64,000 bases of DNA from the human T2T-CHM13v2.0 reference genome, Homo sapiens (GCF_009914755.1 NC_060930.1), one strand, 5' to 3'; shown: positions 1 through 15,880, numbered from the stretch's first letter. Numbers and translations: made by a program. The notes: generated by a model from the sequence alone, not told the origin.

Positions 1-67
1 AACCTTCTCTTGCTCTTTTGCTTCCAAGATTCTTCCACTTTTTTCAGTGTCCATGATTCCCTAGCTC

Positions 68-69
<2 letters not shown>

Positions 70-97
<28 letters not shown>
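70..97. repeat. Poly(T) run
   Basis: About 28 consecutive T. Confidence 0.9.
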
Positions 98-103
<6 letters not shown>

Positions 104-904
104 CCCTGGTCAAAAAGACTGCTGTTTTCAATTAGTGTCTCCTCCAAGACCACACACTCCAAGTAGACTATATTTAGCCCCAGAACAGAAGCCATAAAAA
201 CAGAGAATTTGTACAGCTCCCATCCTCTTTTTCTCTGAGCTTGTCTCCTCCACCCGATTTCGTCTGCTCTGTCCACTCTCCAATTCACTGATGTAGTTGC
301 TTTGGTATTATGTCCAGTGTTTATAGATATTTTCTGTTGGGACTCCTCCAGTTGGGTCTTGTTCTGTCATTACTGGAGGTGAGGTGAAAATTCCTACTAT
401 TTATCTTTTAGCATAAAAGATGTGTTATTAAAGAAGGTAAAATCCAACTTACTCAGATTCCACTGACATTGATGGGAGTGTAAAAAGTTGGTACAATCTT
501 TCTTTTATCATCAATATATATCAAGAGCCTAAAAATGTTCATTATTTGACCTAGTAATCTCACTTGTAGGAATCTGCCAAGGAAAGATTTAAAGACACAT
601 TTATGATTGAAAATGTTGTTTATAATTTTAGAAGAGTAAAAAATTAGGAAAGCTTCAATGACCAGCAGTAGGACATCATTAAATCAATAATTGCACTTTA
701 GGTACTATCTGTAAGGAATACTGAATAATATGAAAAACACAAAATATATTTAATGATAAAAACAGAAAATAAAATTATATTCATCATCCCAATTTTATGG
801 AATTACAAACATATACATAAAAAGACTGAAAGGCAATGTTATAAGTGATAATTCTTACTCAATTTTGGTGGTGAAATTAGGAGAGATCTTTTTTCTTTTT
901 CATA

Positions 905-1222
905 ATTTATCTCCTTCCTCTCTTCCTCCCTCCCTCCTCTCTCTTTCCTTCCTTCCTTCTCCTTCCTTCCTTTCTTTCTTTCAGATAGGGTTTCACAGTC
1001 TTCCTTCCTTCCTCCCTCCCTCCCTCCCCCCTCCTTCCCCCTTCCCTTCCCTCCCCCTTCTTCCCCCTTCCCTTCCCCTCCCCTCCCCTCCTCTCCCTTC
1101 CCTTCCCTTCCCTTCCCAGTCTCTTTCTCTTTCCCTCTTTCTTTCTTTCTCCTTCCCTCCCTCCCTCCCTTCTTTCTTTTCTTTCTTTCTTTTTCCCCTT
1201 TTCTTTTTTCTTTTCTTTCTTT
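905..1222. repeat. Complex polypyrimidine tract (CCTT/CCCT/CTTT) derived from an Alu tail
   Basis: Direct inspection; abuts the Alu at 1222. Confidence 0.9.
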
Positions 1223-1488
1223 TGATAGGTTTCACAATGTTGCCTAGGCTGCAGGGCAATGGTGCAATCATGGCTCAACAACTCACTGCAGCCTTGACTT
1301 CCCAGGCTCAAGCAATCTTCCCACTTCAGCCTCCCAAGCAGGTGGGACTACAGGCATGTGCCACCAAGCCAGGCTAATTTACAAAATTCTTTTGTAGAGA
1401 CAGGGTCTCACTCTGTTGTCCAGGCTGGTCTCAAACTCTTGGGCTCAAGCAATCCTCTTGCCTTGGCCTCCCAAAGTGCTGGAATTAT
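1222..1488 (-). mobile_element. AluJ
   Basis: Alu consensus match. Confidence 0.9.
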
Positions 1489-4400
1489 GCCATAATTTCT
1501 AGTAACTTCCAAATAGCCTCAATAAAATAAAATGGAATAAATAACAATGAAAACAATTTTTAACAGCCATAGATCCCAAAAGTGATATACTAGAAAGTAA
1601 ATTTTCTACCCCTCCTCTTACCCCTGATAAAAATAACTTTTCCTAGTTATCAGGAATCATTAATATATGTACCCTATTCAAACAATGAGGGAGGTATGGA
1701 CAAATGTTCCAAGACTTTTGGGTTCCACAGACCAATAACTTTTCAAAAACAATTTTAAGAATGGACAATTAGGGGAAAAAATTCTGAACAACTACTCTTT
1801 ATTATCTTTAATTTCTCACACCACCCTCTCCTCTAATATAATCTCAGAATAAAGGACAGTTCTTTAATTGGGAAAAACTTATAGTATTGTCTTTATTTTT
1901 CAGTTTTTGCCATGGATTGATAGTTTTTGTGGACTGAATCAAATCTAAGGATCAATGGGATTAGATGGATTCTCAAGTCTTTTTCTGTATTGTGATTGTA
2001 TGGTCTTCAACTCATTTTTAGGACCTGGAGTCCAGATGTGACCAGTGTCATGTCATAAATCATTAACTTTATTTGCTTGAATGAGTGTTCCAATTTCTCC
2101 TCATCCTTAATAACTAGTTATTGTCTGTCTTTTTAAATTTTAGCCACCTTAATGGGTATGAAGTAGTTTTGATTTGCAATTCCTTAATGACTAATGTTAT
2201 TGAACATTTTCCATGTGTTTATTGGCTATTTGTTTAAATTCTTTAGAGAAATGTCTCTTTAAACCCTTTACTCATTTTTAAAATAGGTTGTCATTTTATT
2301 GTCGAGTTGTAATTCTTTGTATATTCTGGATAATAAATTCTTTGTTAGATATATGCTTTGATAACATTTTCATCCATTCTCTGAGTTATCTATTCACTTT
2401 CTTGATGGTGTCCTTTGAAGCACAAGTTTTAAATTTTGATGAAATCCAATTTATCTTTTCTTCTTTCACCATTTGTGCTTTTGATGTCATATATAAGAAA
2501 CCATTGTCTAATCCACAGTCACAATGTTTTACTGTTATGTTGTCTTGAGTTCTAGCTCTTACACTTAGGTCTATAATCTATTTGGAGTAAATTTTTGTAA
2601 ATGGTGTGAAGTGGGATTTGACTTAATTCTTTAGCATGTGGGTATCTAGTTGTTCCATTACCATTTATTGAAAAGATCATTCTTCCCTTATTGAATGATC
2701 TTGAACATATGTCAAAAATTAATTGACCATAGATGTATGGATTTATTTCTAGACTCTGTAGTATTCCATTGATCTATATTTCTATCCTTATCCCTTACCA
2801 CACAGTTTTGAATACCGTAGCTTTGAAGTTGGGAAGTGTGAGTCCTATAATTTTGTTCTTTTTCAAGATTGTTTGGCTACTAAGGTTTCCCTGTAATTCA
2901 ATATGGGTTTTAGGACTGGCTTTTCCATTTCCGTAAAAAAAGTCTGTTGGGATTTTGATTGGTATTGCATTGAATCTGGAGATCACTCTGGGGAGTCCTG
3001 CCATCTTTACATCATTAAGTGTCCCAACATGAATATGTAATGTCTTTCCATTTATTTAGGTCTTCTTTAATTTCCTTCATGAGTGTTAAGTAGTTTTCAG
3101 TGTACTGTATAAGTCTTGCATCTCTTTGGTTAAATTTATTCTTAAGTATTTAATCCTTTTCAATGCTTTTGTAAATGAGATTGTTTTCTTAATTTCCTTT
3201 CAGATTGTTCATTGCCAATGTATAAAAATGCGATTTTTATAAACTATTGATTTTGTGGTCTGCAAACTTGCTGAACTCATGTATTACTTCTAATAGTGTT
3301 TTCATAGATTGCTTAAAATTCTGCAACTAAAGATATTTTAATTTTTCCTTTCCAATCCGGATGACTTTTCTTTTTCTTGCCTAAATGCCATGACTAGAAC
3401 TTCCAGTACAATGTTGAATAAAGTGGCAAGATAAGGTGTCTTTGGCTAATTCCTGATCTTATAAGGAAAACATTCAATCTTTCACCGTTAAGTATTATGT
3501 TGTGGAATTTTCCTAGATGCCTTGTACAGGATTGAGGAAGTTTCTGTCTGTTCCTAATTTTGTTGACTGTTTTTAATATGAAAGTGTGTTGAATTTTGTC
3601 AAATGCTGTTTCTGCATCTATTGAGATGATCATGTGGTTTCTGTTATTATATTAATATGGCATATATTCTTTTCTTTTAATTTTATTTTTTAAACTCTTA
3701 TTTTAGGTTCAGGGTACATGTGCAGATTTGTTATATGGGTAAACTTGTGTAATGAATATAACATATTATATTGATTGACTTTTGGATTTCACAACCTTAT
3801 ATTCCTTGGATAAATCCCACTTGGTCATCCTTTTCGTATGTTGCTAAATTCAGTTTGCTAGTATTTCACTGAGGATTTTTGCATTTATATATTTAAAGGA
3901 TATTGGTCTACAGTTTTCTTGTGATGTCTTTGCCTGATTCTGGTATTAGGGTAAACTGGTCTCACAGAATGAGGTGGGAACTGTTCCCCTCTTCTTTTTC
4001 ATAGTTTGTGAAAGTTTGACCTTAATTTTTCTTTAGATGTTTACTAGAATTCATCGGTGAAGCTGTCTGAGTCTGGGGTTTCCTTTGTGGGAAGTTTCAA
4101 AAATTAATAATCCAATCTCTTTGTTACAGATCTATTCAGGTTTTCTATTTCTTTTTGAGTCAGTTTTGGTAAATTGTATCTTTCTAGGAATTTGTCAATG
4201 TCATCTAAGTTATTTAATTTGGTGGCCTACAGTTGTTCATAATATTCCCATAATAATCTTTATTAACGTAGGGCTGGTAAAATATCATTTCCTTCATTCC
4301 TAATTTAATAATTTGAGTGTTCTTATTTTTTCTTGGTCAGTTTAGTTTTGGGTTTGTCAATTTTGTTAATCTTTGCAAAAAAAAACCAAATTTGTGGTTT

Positions 4401-4636
4401 TAGTGATTTTCTCAATTGTTTTTCTATTCTCTATTTCATTTATTTCTGCTCTAATCTTTATTATTTTCTTTCTTCACTGGCTTTGCATTTATTTTCCTCT
4501 TCTTTTCGTTTTTTAAGGTGGGAGTTTAGGTTATTGATTTAGGATGTTTCTTCTGTTTTAAATATAGACTTTCAGAGTTATAAATTTCTGTCTAAGCATT
4601 GCTTTAGATGCATCCATAAGTTTTGGCATATTGTAT

Positions 4637-4915
4637 TTTTTTTTTTTTAAAGACATGGTCTCACTCTGTTGACAAGCTGGAGTGCAGTGGTATGATCATG
4701 CATCACTGTAGCCTTGAACTCCCTGGGCTCAGATGATTCTCCTATCTTAGCCTCTCAAGTAGTTGGTACTACATGCATGTACCACCATGCCTGGCTAATT
4801 TTTGTATTTTTTTTTGTAGAAACAGGGTTTTGCCAGGTTGCCCAGGCTGGTCTTGAACTCCTCGGCAATCCACTCACCTTGGTTGGGATTACAGGCACGA
4901 GCCACAGCATCTGGC
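4637..4915 (-). mobile_element. AluJ (degenerate)
   Basis: Alu consensus match. Confidence 0.85.
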
Positions 4916-5804
4916 CTATTTCTGTTTCTATTCACCTCAAATTACTTTCTAATTTTTCTATGATTTCTCCTTTGAACCATTTATTATTTAGGGGTATATT
5001 GTTTAATTTCCACACATTTGTGAATTTCCCAAACTTCTTTTTATTATTGACTTCTAACTTAAATGTATTGTGATTGGAGAACATACATTGTGCAATTTTC
5101 ACTATTTTAAAATTTACTAAGGCTTATTTTTGGTCTAACATAATCCTGGAGAATGTTCCATGTGCACTTGAGAAGAATGTGTATTCTGTTGTTAAGTACT
5201 TCTATAAATGTCTAAGATTAATTAGTTTATAATATATTTCACATCATTTTTTTCTTTGCTGATCTTCTCCTTAGTCTATCCATTATTGAAAGTGGGGTTT
5301 TGAAATATCTATTGCTTTGAGTTGTCTAATACTCCCTTTAATTCTACCACTTTTTGCTTCATGTATTTTGGAGCCCTGTTGTTAGGTGCATATGTGTTTA
5401 TAATTGTTGTCTTTCTGAAGATTGACCTTTTTATCATAAAATACATTTCTTCACCTCTTGTAACTATTTTTATCTTAAAGTCCATTTTGTCTGAGATTAA
5501 TGTAGCTACCCCAGCTCTTTTTTGGTTACTGTTTGCATGCCATATCTTTGTCCATCCTTTTATTTTCAACCAATTTGTGTCTTTGAATCTAAAGTGTGTC
5601 TCTAATAGTATTGTTGGGTTATTTTTAATAAAAACCCTCATTCTGGCAATCTTTGCCTTCTGGTTAGGGTGTTTAAGCCATTTACTTTTGATTAAATTAC
5701 TGATAAGCTAGGATTTTAATTTACCATTTTGCTATTTGGATTTTTACATGTCTTATGTATTTTTTGTACCTTTATTCCTCCATTATTGCTCTCTTTTGCA
5801 TTAA

Positions 5805-6187
<383 letters not shown>

Positions 6188-6228
6188 TAGTAGCTGCTCT
6201 GGGGATTACAATTAACATCTTAATTTAA

Positions 6229-6576
<348 letters not shown>

Positions 6577-8166
6577 TACAAATTACATCTTTATACATTA
6601 GAAGCCCATTAATACAGTTTTATAATGATTGCTTTATGATGTAACTGTCTTTTAAATGACAGAAGAATTACAAAGAAAAGTAAATTTATACTATCAATTA
6701 TATACATATATACAGTCTTTATTGGTGCTCCTTATTTCTTAATGTGGATTTGAATTGCTGTCTAGTATCCTTTCATTTCAGTATGAAGGACTCCCTTTAG
6801 TATTTCTTGTAGGGTAGGTGTGCTAATGACAAGTTCTCTCAGTTTTTGATTATATGGGAATGTCTTAATTTCTCCTCATTTTAAAGGATAGTTTTGCTGG
6901 ATACAGAATTCTTGAATGGCAGTTTTTTCTTTTAGCACTTTGAATATATGATCCCATTGCCTTTTGGCCTTCATGATGTGGGATGAGAAGTCAGCTGTTA
7001 ATGTTATTGAGGAGCCCATGTACATGAAAAGTAATTTTTGTCTTGCTACTTTCAAGATTCTATTTGTCTCTGTCTCTTGACAGTTTGAGTAGCATATGTC
7101 TAATTGTGGATCTCTTGAATTTCTCCTATATGGAGTTCACTGAACGTCTTGAATGTGAAGATCAACATTTTTCATCAAATTTAGTAAGTTTTCAAGCCAT
7201 GATCTCTTCAGATATTCTGCCCCTTTCTCTCTTCTCTCCTCTCCTTCTGGGGATGTGTACGTTGATATGCTTGATGGTGTCCCACAGGTCTCTGAGGCTT
7301 TGCTCATTTTTCTTCATTCATTTTTCTGTTCCTCAGAGTGGATTATCTCAATGGACTTAACTTCAATTTCATGGATATTTTCTTCTGCCAGATCAAATTT
7401 GCTATTAAGGCCCTGAAGAAAATTTATCATTTCAATTATTGCACTTTTCAATGCCAGAATTTCTATTTGGTTCTTAAAAAATGTTTTTTCTCTCTTAACT
7501 GATATTCACATTTGGTGAGACATCTTTCTCATACTTACTTTAATTCTTTAGACATGGTTTTCTTTAGTTCTTTGAATATATAATAGCCAATTAAAGTCTT
7601 TGTCTAGTAAGTTAAAAATCTGGACTTCCTTGGGAACAGTTTCTATTGACTGCTTTTTCTGACTGCCATATGTTCCTATTTTTTGCCTGCCTTGTACTTT
7701 TTTCTTTTTTTTTGCTGAAAATTAAACACTTTAAATAATTATAATGTAGTAACTTTGAAAGTTATATTCTTGTACCACCCGTCCAACCTGGGTTTTCTGT
7801 TGCTGTTTGTTATTCTTTGTTTAATGACTTCTCTGGAAAAATTTTGTAAAATTTGTATTCTTTGTTGTGTGTGGCCACTGAAGTCTCTGCTTAGTTAGCT
7901 TAGCAGTCAGCTGATGATTAGAGATTTCCTTAAGTGCCCTGAACCAGTAAGTTTTCCATCCTTTGTTGAGTGGCTCTATAAGTGTTGGGCATGCCTTTAC
8001 TATTTTGGCAGTTTATAGCTCTGTCTTAGCTTTCAATTCCTGGTTGTGCAGATCCTTAAGGTCAGTCAGAAGTGAGTGATTCAGGCCTTCTTAGCTCTTT
8101 TCTGGGCATGCATGCAGTCCTACACATGTACCCTATATGTAGTTTCCCGAGAATGTCAAAGCTTTT

Positions 8167-8470
8167 CTTTTTTTTTCATTTTTTGAGATGGAGTCTCACT
8201 CTGTCACCTGGGCTGGAGTGCAGTGGCGTGATCTTGGCTCACTGCAACCTCCGCCTCCTGGGTTCAAGTGATTCTCCTGTCTCAGCCTCCTGAGTAGCTG
8301 GGATTACAGGCACCCGCCACTATGCCTTGCCAGTTTATTTATTTTTTATTTTTAGTAGAGATGGGATTTCATCATGTTGGCCAGGCTGGTCTTGAACTCC
8401 TGACCTCGTGATTCACCTGCCTTGGCCTGCCAAAGTGCTGGGATTACAGGCGTGAGAAACGTGCCCAGCC
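8167..8470 (-). mobile_element. AluS
   Basis: TSD aatgtcaaagctttt. Confidence 0.9.
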
Positions 8471-10193
8471 AAATGTCAAAGCTTTTTAAAGCCCCTTATC
8501 ACCACTGCACTCTCAAGACTTTCAATTTTTTTTTGCCAGTCTCTTATTTGCTCTACCTCAGGCAGCTGTGATGTTAAACAATTGCTGCTGCTTTTTGTTC
8601 TTAATGCCTTGATGTCAGGACTTTTGTCACTGAGAAAGCTCTGAGTCAGGTTAAATAAAGACATGCCTCTGTAAATGGGCTTTTCCAGAGAGCTGCCACA
8701 GATGCCAAGTAGTGACAACTGTCTGGAGATGCGGTTTTATTGTGGGGGTGGGGAGGCACCAAGCCTTTCTGCTCCTTTCAATAGCTCCTAAGCTTCTGTT
8801 TCTTGGTTACTGACTTTCAAGGCTACTGTGGAGTTGGGAAGAGCGGGATGGAAATAGGTCAAGTTAAAATGCCATGAAGCTTACTGTTCTTACTAAGATT
8901 CAATCATTTTTCTTTAATAAATGTTTGTCATTGTTGCAAGCCGTTGGTTAATTTCTAGAGTTCTGAAAATACTGATTTTGGCAATTCTGGCCTGCATTCA
9001 CATTGCTTTTATGGAGGAACAGATTTTCAGAGATCCTTATTCCACCATTCCAGAGGTGCTTTGTCCATACACATTAATTTCTGTATTGTACTTTAATATA
9101 AACATGTAGTCAGGACATGCTGAAGAATACTCAATTTTTGCTCCAGACTGCTATACTTTTTGAGTTGCCTATTTTTTCCTGCCATTTCTCTTATGTTAGT
9201 GCTATGAGTTTTCCCACAGCAGTCCCTCTTCCCTGGTTAATGTTACATCTAACATATTGTAGGGTCAATAATGAAATAGCCTAGTTGGTTAGCAACATGT
9301 TAAGATAGGCTTGGAGGGTCCACTGCAAAGTCTGTTGACTTCGTGACATTGCAGCTGCTCAAAACTCATTTTGGCTTTTTCTCTCCGATGTCCTGGAAGA
9401 TATGATTTCTAGGCATTTGAGTTTAGAGAAAGTGATTTGGTGATGGGTGATTGCCGAGTCAGATTACACCTATAGTTGTCTACCTAATTCTGGGAAACAT
9501 GTTTTAACAGAAACTTTGACCAAATAGCCATTTAAAAGTAATAGTAACCAGGATGGTGAGTGGGGAAGTTCCAAAACTGTGCCATATGAGGAATAATTGG
9601 GAAGAGTGGTGAATCTCATTGGGAGAAAAAAAACTTGGGGGGGATAAAGAAAAATTTATTGGGGTACATGATAGGGCTGATATGGCAATAAAATCATTTT
9701 GTCTCCCTCTACCATAATCATGCCCTCATGATTATGACCAATAAGCAAAGGTTATAACAGGCAGGTTTTGAATCAGTATAGAGAAATTTCTAATAATGAG
9801 AACTGTCCAACAATGTTATTGGCTAAGCATCTACCATAGCCCAGGCCTGTGGAGACAAAACCAAGTAAGACAGAATTGCTATCTACAGCAGCTCATAAAG
9901 TGAAAACCTCATCCTTAAAGTGATGAAACAAAGACTAACTGACCATCTGTTAAGGATCCTGAATTAGATAGTGAAGTATGTGACAACTAAAGTCCACTCT
10001 AAAATGAACATTTTAAGAGTCTGGCACCCCTACAGAGCTGGCAGAGAACTTTAGGGCGAGATAAAATATTCATTGAGAGTCTAGAAGATTCCAAGGAATA
10101 CAATATATTTTTGAACTGTGCTCACCAAGGTCTTTTATGGTCACGAAATTATGTATGAAGTTGGCAGCAAGTCAACCTTACCTTAGGGTTTCA

Positions 10194-10207
10194 CTGACAC
10201 CTAGTGG
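10194..10207 (-). promoter_or_regulatory. Candidate CTCF site CCACTAGGTGTCAG
   Basis: Close match to the CCASYAGRKGGCRS core, just beyond the distal poly(A) signal. Confidence 0.5.
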
Positions 10208-10507
10208 TTATAATCTAAAATGTTAAAAGACAACATACAATGATCACAAAAATGTTCGTATTTATAAAAATCATAAATGAATATAGTGATAAAAATTCAT
10301 TCATTTTGAATTCTCTTTTCAAAAAGAAGTTAAAATTGCTTAAATGGCATCTTATATCTGAAATATTTTTATGCTAAAATTTCAAACTCTTTAACACTTG
10401 ATTATAAGCAAGCCTATAATGCTATTAGCTTATCTTTTAACTCATATCTTTCAGTTATGTTATTCTCTTGTTTATGAAAAACAGAAGAACATCATCTAAA
10501 TGATCAG

Positions 10508-10513
10508 TTTATT
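10508..10513 (-). terminator. Candidate distal RSPH3 polyadenylation signal AATAAA
   Basis: tttatt on the + strand in unique AT-rich DNA ~4.6 kb past the stop codon. Confidence 0.5.
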
Positions 10514-11444
10514 GAATTTTAGTAATGTAAGTTGAGATCATGAAACATACAATCTAATTCAAAAGAAGAATCATAGGTACCAATTCAACACCATTAGCAC
10601 TACTTTCACAATAGTGACACCCCACTTATAACACTCTTTTTTGGGTCTCTGACTGTGAACAAGATTGTGGAAGGTTGGTTGAGGTTAGGCCTAGGCATTA
10701 CGGTTAAGAAATAACAGATGCTAATTAGTTAGTGGGGAAGTGAAGCTCATGTTTAGGCCTTTTCATAATGTCTTTATGCTAAATAAATTAAATGAAGTAA
10801 ACAGCCATGGCTATTGAACTACAGAATACATAAAAATACATTCTGTGATTCACCTATAAACAAAAGAGTAAAGCAGAATGTGTCAAATTTTCCATAGCAG
10901 GTAAAGCATAGAAAAAAAATCTAGCTGATATAGTTGTTATGTTTCAACAACATAAAATGAAATGTTTCTAGGATAGAAGAAATTGGTACCATTAACATTT
11001 GGATGGTTATGGTACCATAACATTTTGATATAATATGCAAAATGCTGCTTCCCCAACTATGACCGCCATTATAACTTTTAATGGAATTATAGGCTCCAAA
11101 TACTTTCTTCTGCAAGTTACCCACCCTTTCATATGTTTTTAAAATGAAACACTAGACTGATAAATCAGTTCTTTTTCTTAATTTAAAAGAAAAAAGCTTT
11201 GAGAAAGGCAAACCCCCTTCTCCATGGTGAAGACTACATGCTTGCATGTGAGGACTCAAGCCCAGTGGTCTGGCTTTGAATCTGCTTTCAAACTCCACCT
11301 TGTGTTGCTCAGAGTGACTTTGCAGGCCACGCTCATAGCCCTCAGATGGCTTAAATGTAATGATGCCTATGCTAGAGAAAATTTCATTCTACCTCTCTGA
11401 TCTATTTTAGTGATATGGGAATTTATGTTAAGAATGACAATTTC

Positions 11445-11725
11445 TTTTTCTTTCTTTTTTTTTTTTTTGAGACGGAGTCTTGCTCTGTCACCGGGCTGGA
11501 GTGCAGCGGCGCGACCTCCTGGGTTCAAGTGATTCTTATGCCTCAGTCTCCCGAGTAGCTGGGATTATAGGCATGCGTCACCATACCCAGCTAATTTTTG
11601 TATTTTTAGTGGAGACAGGGTTTCACCATGTTGGCCAGGATGGCCTCGATCTCCTGACCTCGTGATCTGCCTGCCTTGGCCTCCCAAAGTGCTGGGATTA
11701 TAGGCGTAAGCCACCACACCCGGCC
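11445..11725 (-). mobile_element. AluS with a ~22-bp internal deletion
   Basis: TSD gaatgacaatttc (11432-11444 / 11728-11740). Confidence 0.9.
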
Positions 11726-12437
11726 AGGAATGACAATTTCAATATATTTACTATCTGTTCTTCATTTTATTATTATTTAGCTTCTGTTAACTCAGTGTTA
11801 GCTGAAACATCAGAAAGAAATAAAACTTATGAGAAGGGTATTAGCAAATGTGTGAAAAAGTCAAGTACTGTTTATACTCCAAAAAGTATTTGGAGCTTAT
11901 AATTCCTTTAAAAGTCATACTGAGGGTCATAGTTGGGGATGTAGCATTTTGCATATCACATCAAACTGTTATGATGGTCCCATAACCATCTGAATGTTAA
12001 TAGTACCCATTTTCTTCTATGCTGGAAGAGTTTTATGTTCCCAAACCATTTGCAAAAGTTGCTTACAGTTATGAAAAGTCTTCTAGACATATGGAACCTA
12101 AGAATGCTATCTTGTAATTTCCCAGAAAGTCCTTCAGGTACTTGAAGAAATTCTTCATAAACTTTGTTTCCATTTAACATTCTTCTCTCCAGATAACATA
12201 TAATGTGTTACCTCTAAGCTTTCTCACAGCGACAATGCCCTAACCTCTCAATTATTTTGATTTCTCTCTAGGATGGACTAGGATTGCAATTAAGCTTAAC
12301 CAGTTCAGTGTGGGGTTTATAGATATCTACTTCTTTCAATAAATTGAATTAATTTATGGATTTATAGAGCATAGGTCTGGCATCTGCAAAGTGTTTAATG
12401 GACTGGATCATTCTAAAGGAGAATTAGAAGATTATGA

Positions 12438-12759
<322 letters not shown>

Positions 12760-13469
12760 CAATTTTAAGGTTTCTAAAAGCTAGTTGTAGATATTTTAAA
12801 ATTGGTAATAACAATAATAATCAGCAATAGCCCTAATTAAAAATTTTTGGTCTTCTTGCCAAAATTAATATCTTATAAATGTTAGGATGATCATAAAGAC
12901 TGTTTAACAAGATGGAACCAGCCCCATGATGGATAAGAGGCGTGATTCCAATTTTTAAAATGCTATTAGTGCAATAATTTATTTTAAATTATTCTTTGTA
13001 CCTCACAAAAACAGCAAGTTATTAGAAGAAAGTATACCAGATTAGAAGTAAGGAGATTTGGATTCCAGCTTTAGTCCTATTCCCTACTAGGCTCGTCATC
13101 TATTGCAAATCACTTTAAATTCCTGAGCTTTGGTTTCTTTATTTACATCATTTACTTCATTTAGCTCCACTGCTAGGCTGTAAAAAACATGTAGTATTCG
13201 TGACTGTTCACCGCTGTATCTGCAGTCTCATTCCCAAGGCAGAGCAGGCACTCAGCTAATGTTTGCTGGCTGACCGAATTAAGGATTAGAAACTAAAAAA
13301 TACAAATATTGTCATGCATTCTTCAGAAGGTTGCCATGAGGCCTAAGTGTTATAGTGAAATACTATATGGGAAAATGGGTGCATTCTTTTAAAATTTTTT
13401 AAATGTGGATACATTCTTGGTACCTAACTTAAAAGAAATTAAGGTAAATGGGTTAATAATTATAAGTTA

Positions 13470-13844
<375 letters not shown>

Positions 13845-14268
13845 CTATTTATCTAAAGGCTCTGAAGACTTCAGTTATTGCTTACGATTAGGAAGGCTTT
13901 GGAGAGAAAATAACTTGTGATTTTAATACTGCAGGTAAATTCTCTAACACATTCAGATTAAAAAGTCAAATGTTAATTCCCTATGCTACAGCACAGTCAT
14001 AATATGTAATACCTTAACCATATTTTGACAAGATAAGAGATTGATGCCACTAACCTTGAAAGATCTAAGACATTCTCTTAAGTGAAAAATAAAATATGTA
14101 AATAATGTTTATATTTATATAAAGAAAATCAAGCTATATATTTCTAGATTTTCAAATACATTTGTATAGGAATACCTCAAAAAAGGCCTAGATAGCTCAT
14201 ACCTGATAACAGTGATCTACCTTTGAGGAGGGGAGTGAGACTGTATGAGGGCAAACAGGGACTTTTGC

Positions 14269-14274
14269 TTTATT
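14269..14274 (-). terminator. Candidate intermediate poly(A) signal AATAAA (a variant AATATA is also present at 14875-14880)
   Basis: tttatt on the + strand ~0.9 kb downstream of the stop codon. Confidence 0.35.
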
Positions 14275-14434
14275 GGCATTGCCTGAAATTTTTTCATAGT
14301 AGGAATGTGAAAAAATAGATGAGAGCATATACTAATCCACTGAATTCCTTAAGCCTTACTTGAATATTGAAGATGGTCCTTGCAGGAAGGGAGCACTGTG
14401 GCTTTCAGTAGCACAACGTTTAGGCATTCTCTCT

Positions 14435-14733
14435 CTTTTTTTTCTTTTTTTTTTGAGACGGAGTTTTGCTCTTGTTGCCCAGGCTGGAGTGCAATGGTGC
14501 AAACTTGGCTCACCGCAACCTCCGCCCCAGGTTCAAGTGATTCTCCTGCCTCAGCCTCCCAAGTAGCTAGGATTACAGGCATGCGCCACCATGCCTGGCT
14601 AATTTTGTATTTTTAGCAGAGATGGGGTTTCTCCTTGTTGGTCTGGCTGGTCTCAAACTCCCGACCTCAGGGGATCTGCCAGCCTCAGCCTCCCAAAGTG
14701 CTGGGATTACAGGTGTGAGCCACCACGCCTGGC
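14435..14733 (-). mobile_element. AluSp/Sq
   Basis: TSD taggcattc. Confidence 0.9.
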
Positions 14734-15158
14734 TAGGCATTCACTCTTACAGTAGGTGAAATAGTTTTCCTATAGAGAAGAAAAGCTATATGGCTGACAG
14801 CACTGATATTGAACATTAAATATCATACTTACTAAAAAAAACTAACCCGCAAAATTAGAAGGGCTAAGGAAAAATATATTTGCTGGTTACATATAATGGT
14901 AATAGAAAGCTAGTAATTAAATATAATTCTCATTAGAATTACAATATAGCCTTTGAATATTCTATTAAATAAATGAATTCAATTTAAGTTTCATTCTCAA
15001 ATTAATTTTATCACATTTGATTGGCCCAGTCCATTACACAAAAAGACATACTGACTAAATACAACATAATTTCTATAACCTGAGGGGACTCGCACATCAT
15101 TACCTGATTGCTTGCTGACTTGGCTGTTGATTGGTTTCATGACTTTGAAGCTTCCCTC

Positions 15159-15469
15159 CTATGACAATTCTTCCTCCCCTAAGGACTTCCTCATTGCTGT
15201 TTCTTCATCTTGCCCTAAGAGTTCTCTCTCTTCCATAAACTTCCTTTCCTGGGATGACCTTCTGTCATATGTTGTTCTTTGTAGGTAGCCTCCATCTAAA
15301 AGCAGCTCCCGTGTCTGTGACATGCTCTGCTCCAGGAATTCAGAGGCCTCCAGTGACTCTGTCATTGCTCCAGGACCACCAGGCTCATCCTCGGGTTCTG
15401 GAGACTGATGTGTGTCTTCCCCATGCTCATACATACACAGCCTCTTTTCAACCACCTCACGGATCAACA
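15159..15469 (-). CDS. RSPH3: RSPH3 exon 8 coding part (311 nt; MLIREVVEKRL...LGEEELS*)
   Basis: ORF 15159..15470. Acceptor cttttcag|TG, stop TAG at 15159-15161. Exon sum from ATG 37161 is 1257 nt, i.e. 418 aa plus stop. Confidence 0.96.
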
Positions 15470-15880
15470 CTGAAAAGTTAAATGTTCAGACATCACTATG
15501 ATTTTCATATTATGGTATATTTCAGGAGTTATAATGCTCACTTATAGATGATTACAAAAACCTTCACGAAGCCTCATCTCTTTCCTATGTCATAACCTTT
15601 TTTGGAAGTCAGCATACTTCACACTTAATGCATTAAATATAAAATATATTCTGTTTTCACAGAGTATCATTTATAAAGTAATGGCAGAAGATATTAATAG
15701 ATAGCAAATTATAGAAGAGCCAAAAATAATATTGAGGGTAAAAATTTGCACTTTTATTAATACAATTGATATACTAAAAGTTTAAATATTCAAACTGTAA
15801 AATTAATCTTTCTTTCAGTTATTCAATTTATTCTTTCTACTAAAAACTTTAGAGATGAATTTTTGGATAAAATAACTTAC

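Noticed and set aside
865-1377. ORFs of 92-170 aa on both strands
   Set aside because: Translation of the pyrimidine microsatellite and an Alu; stop-poor low-complexity sequence.
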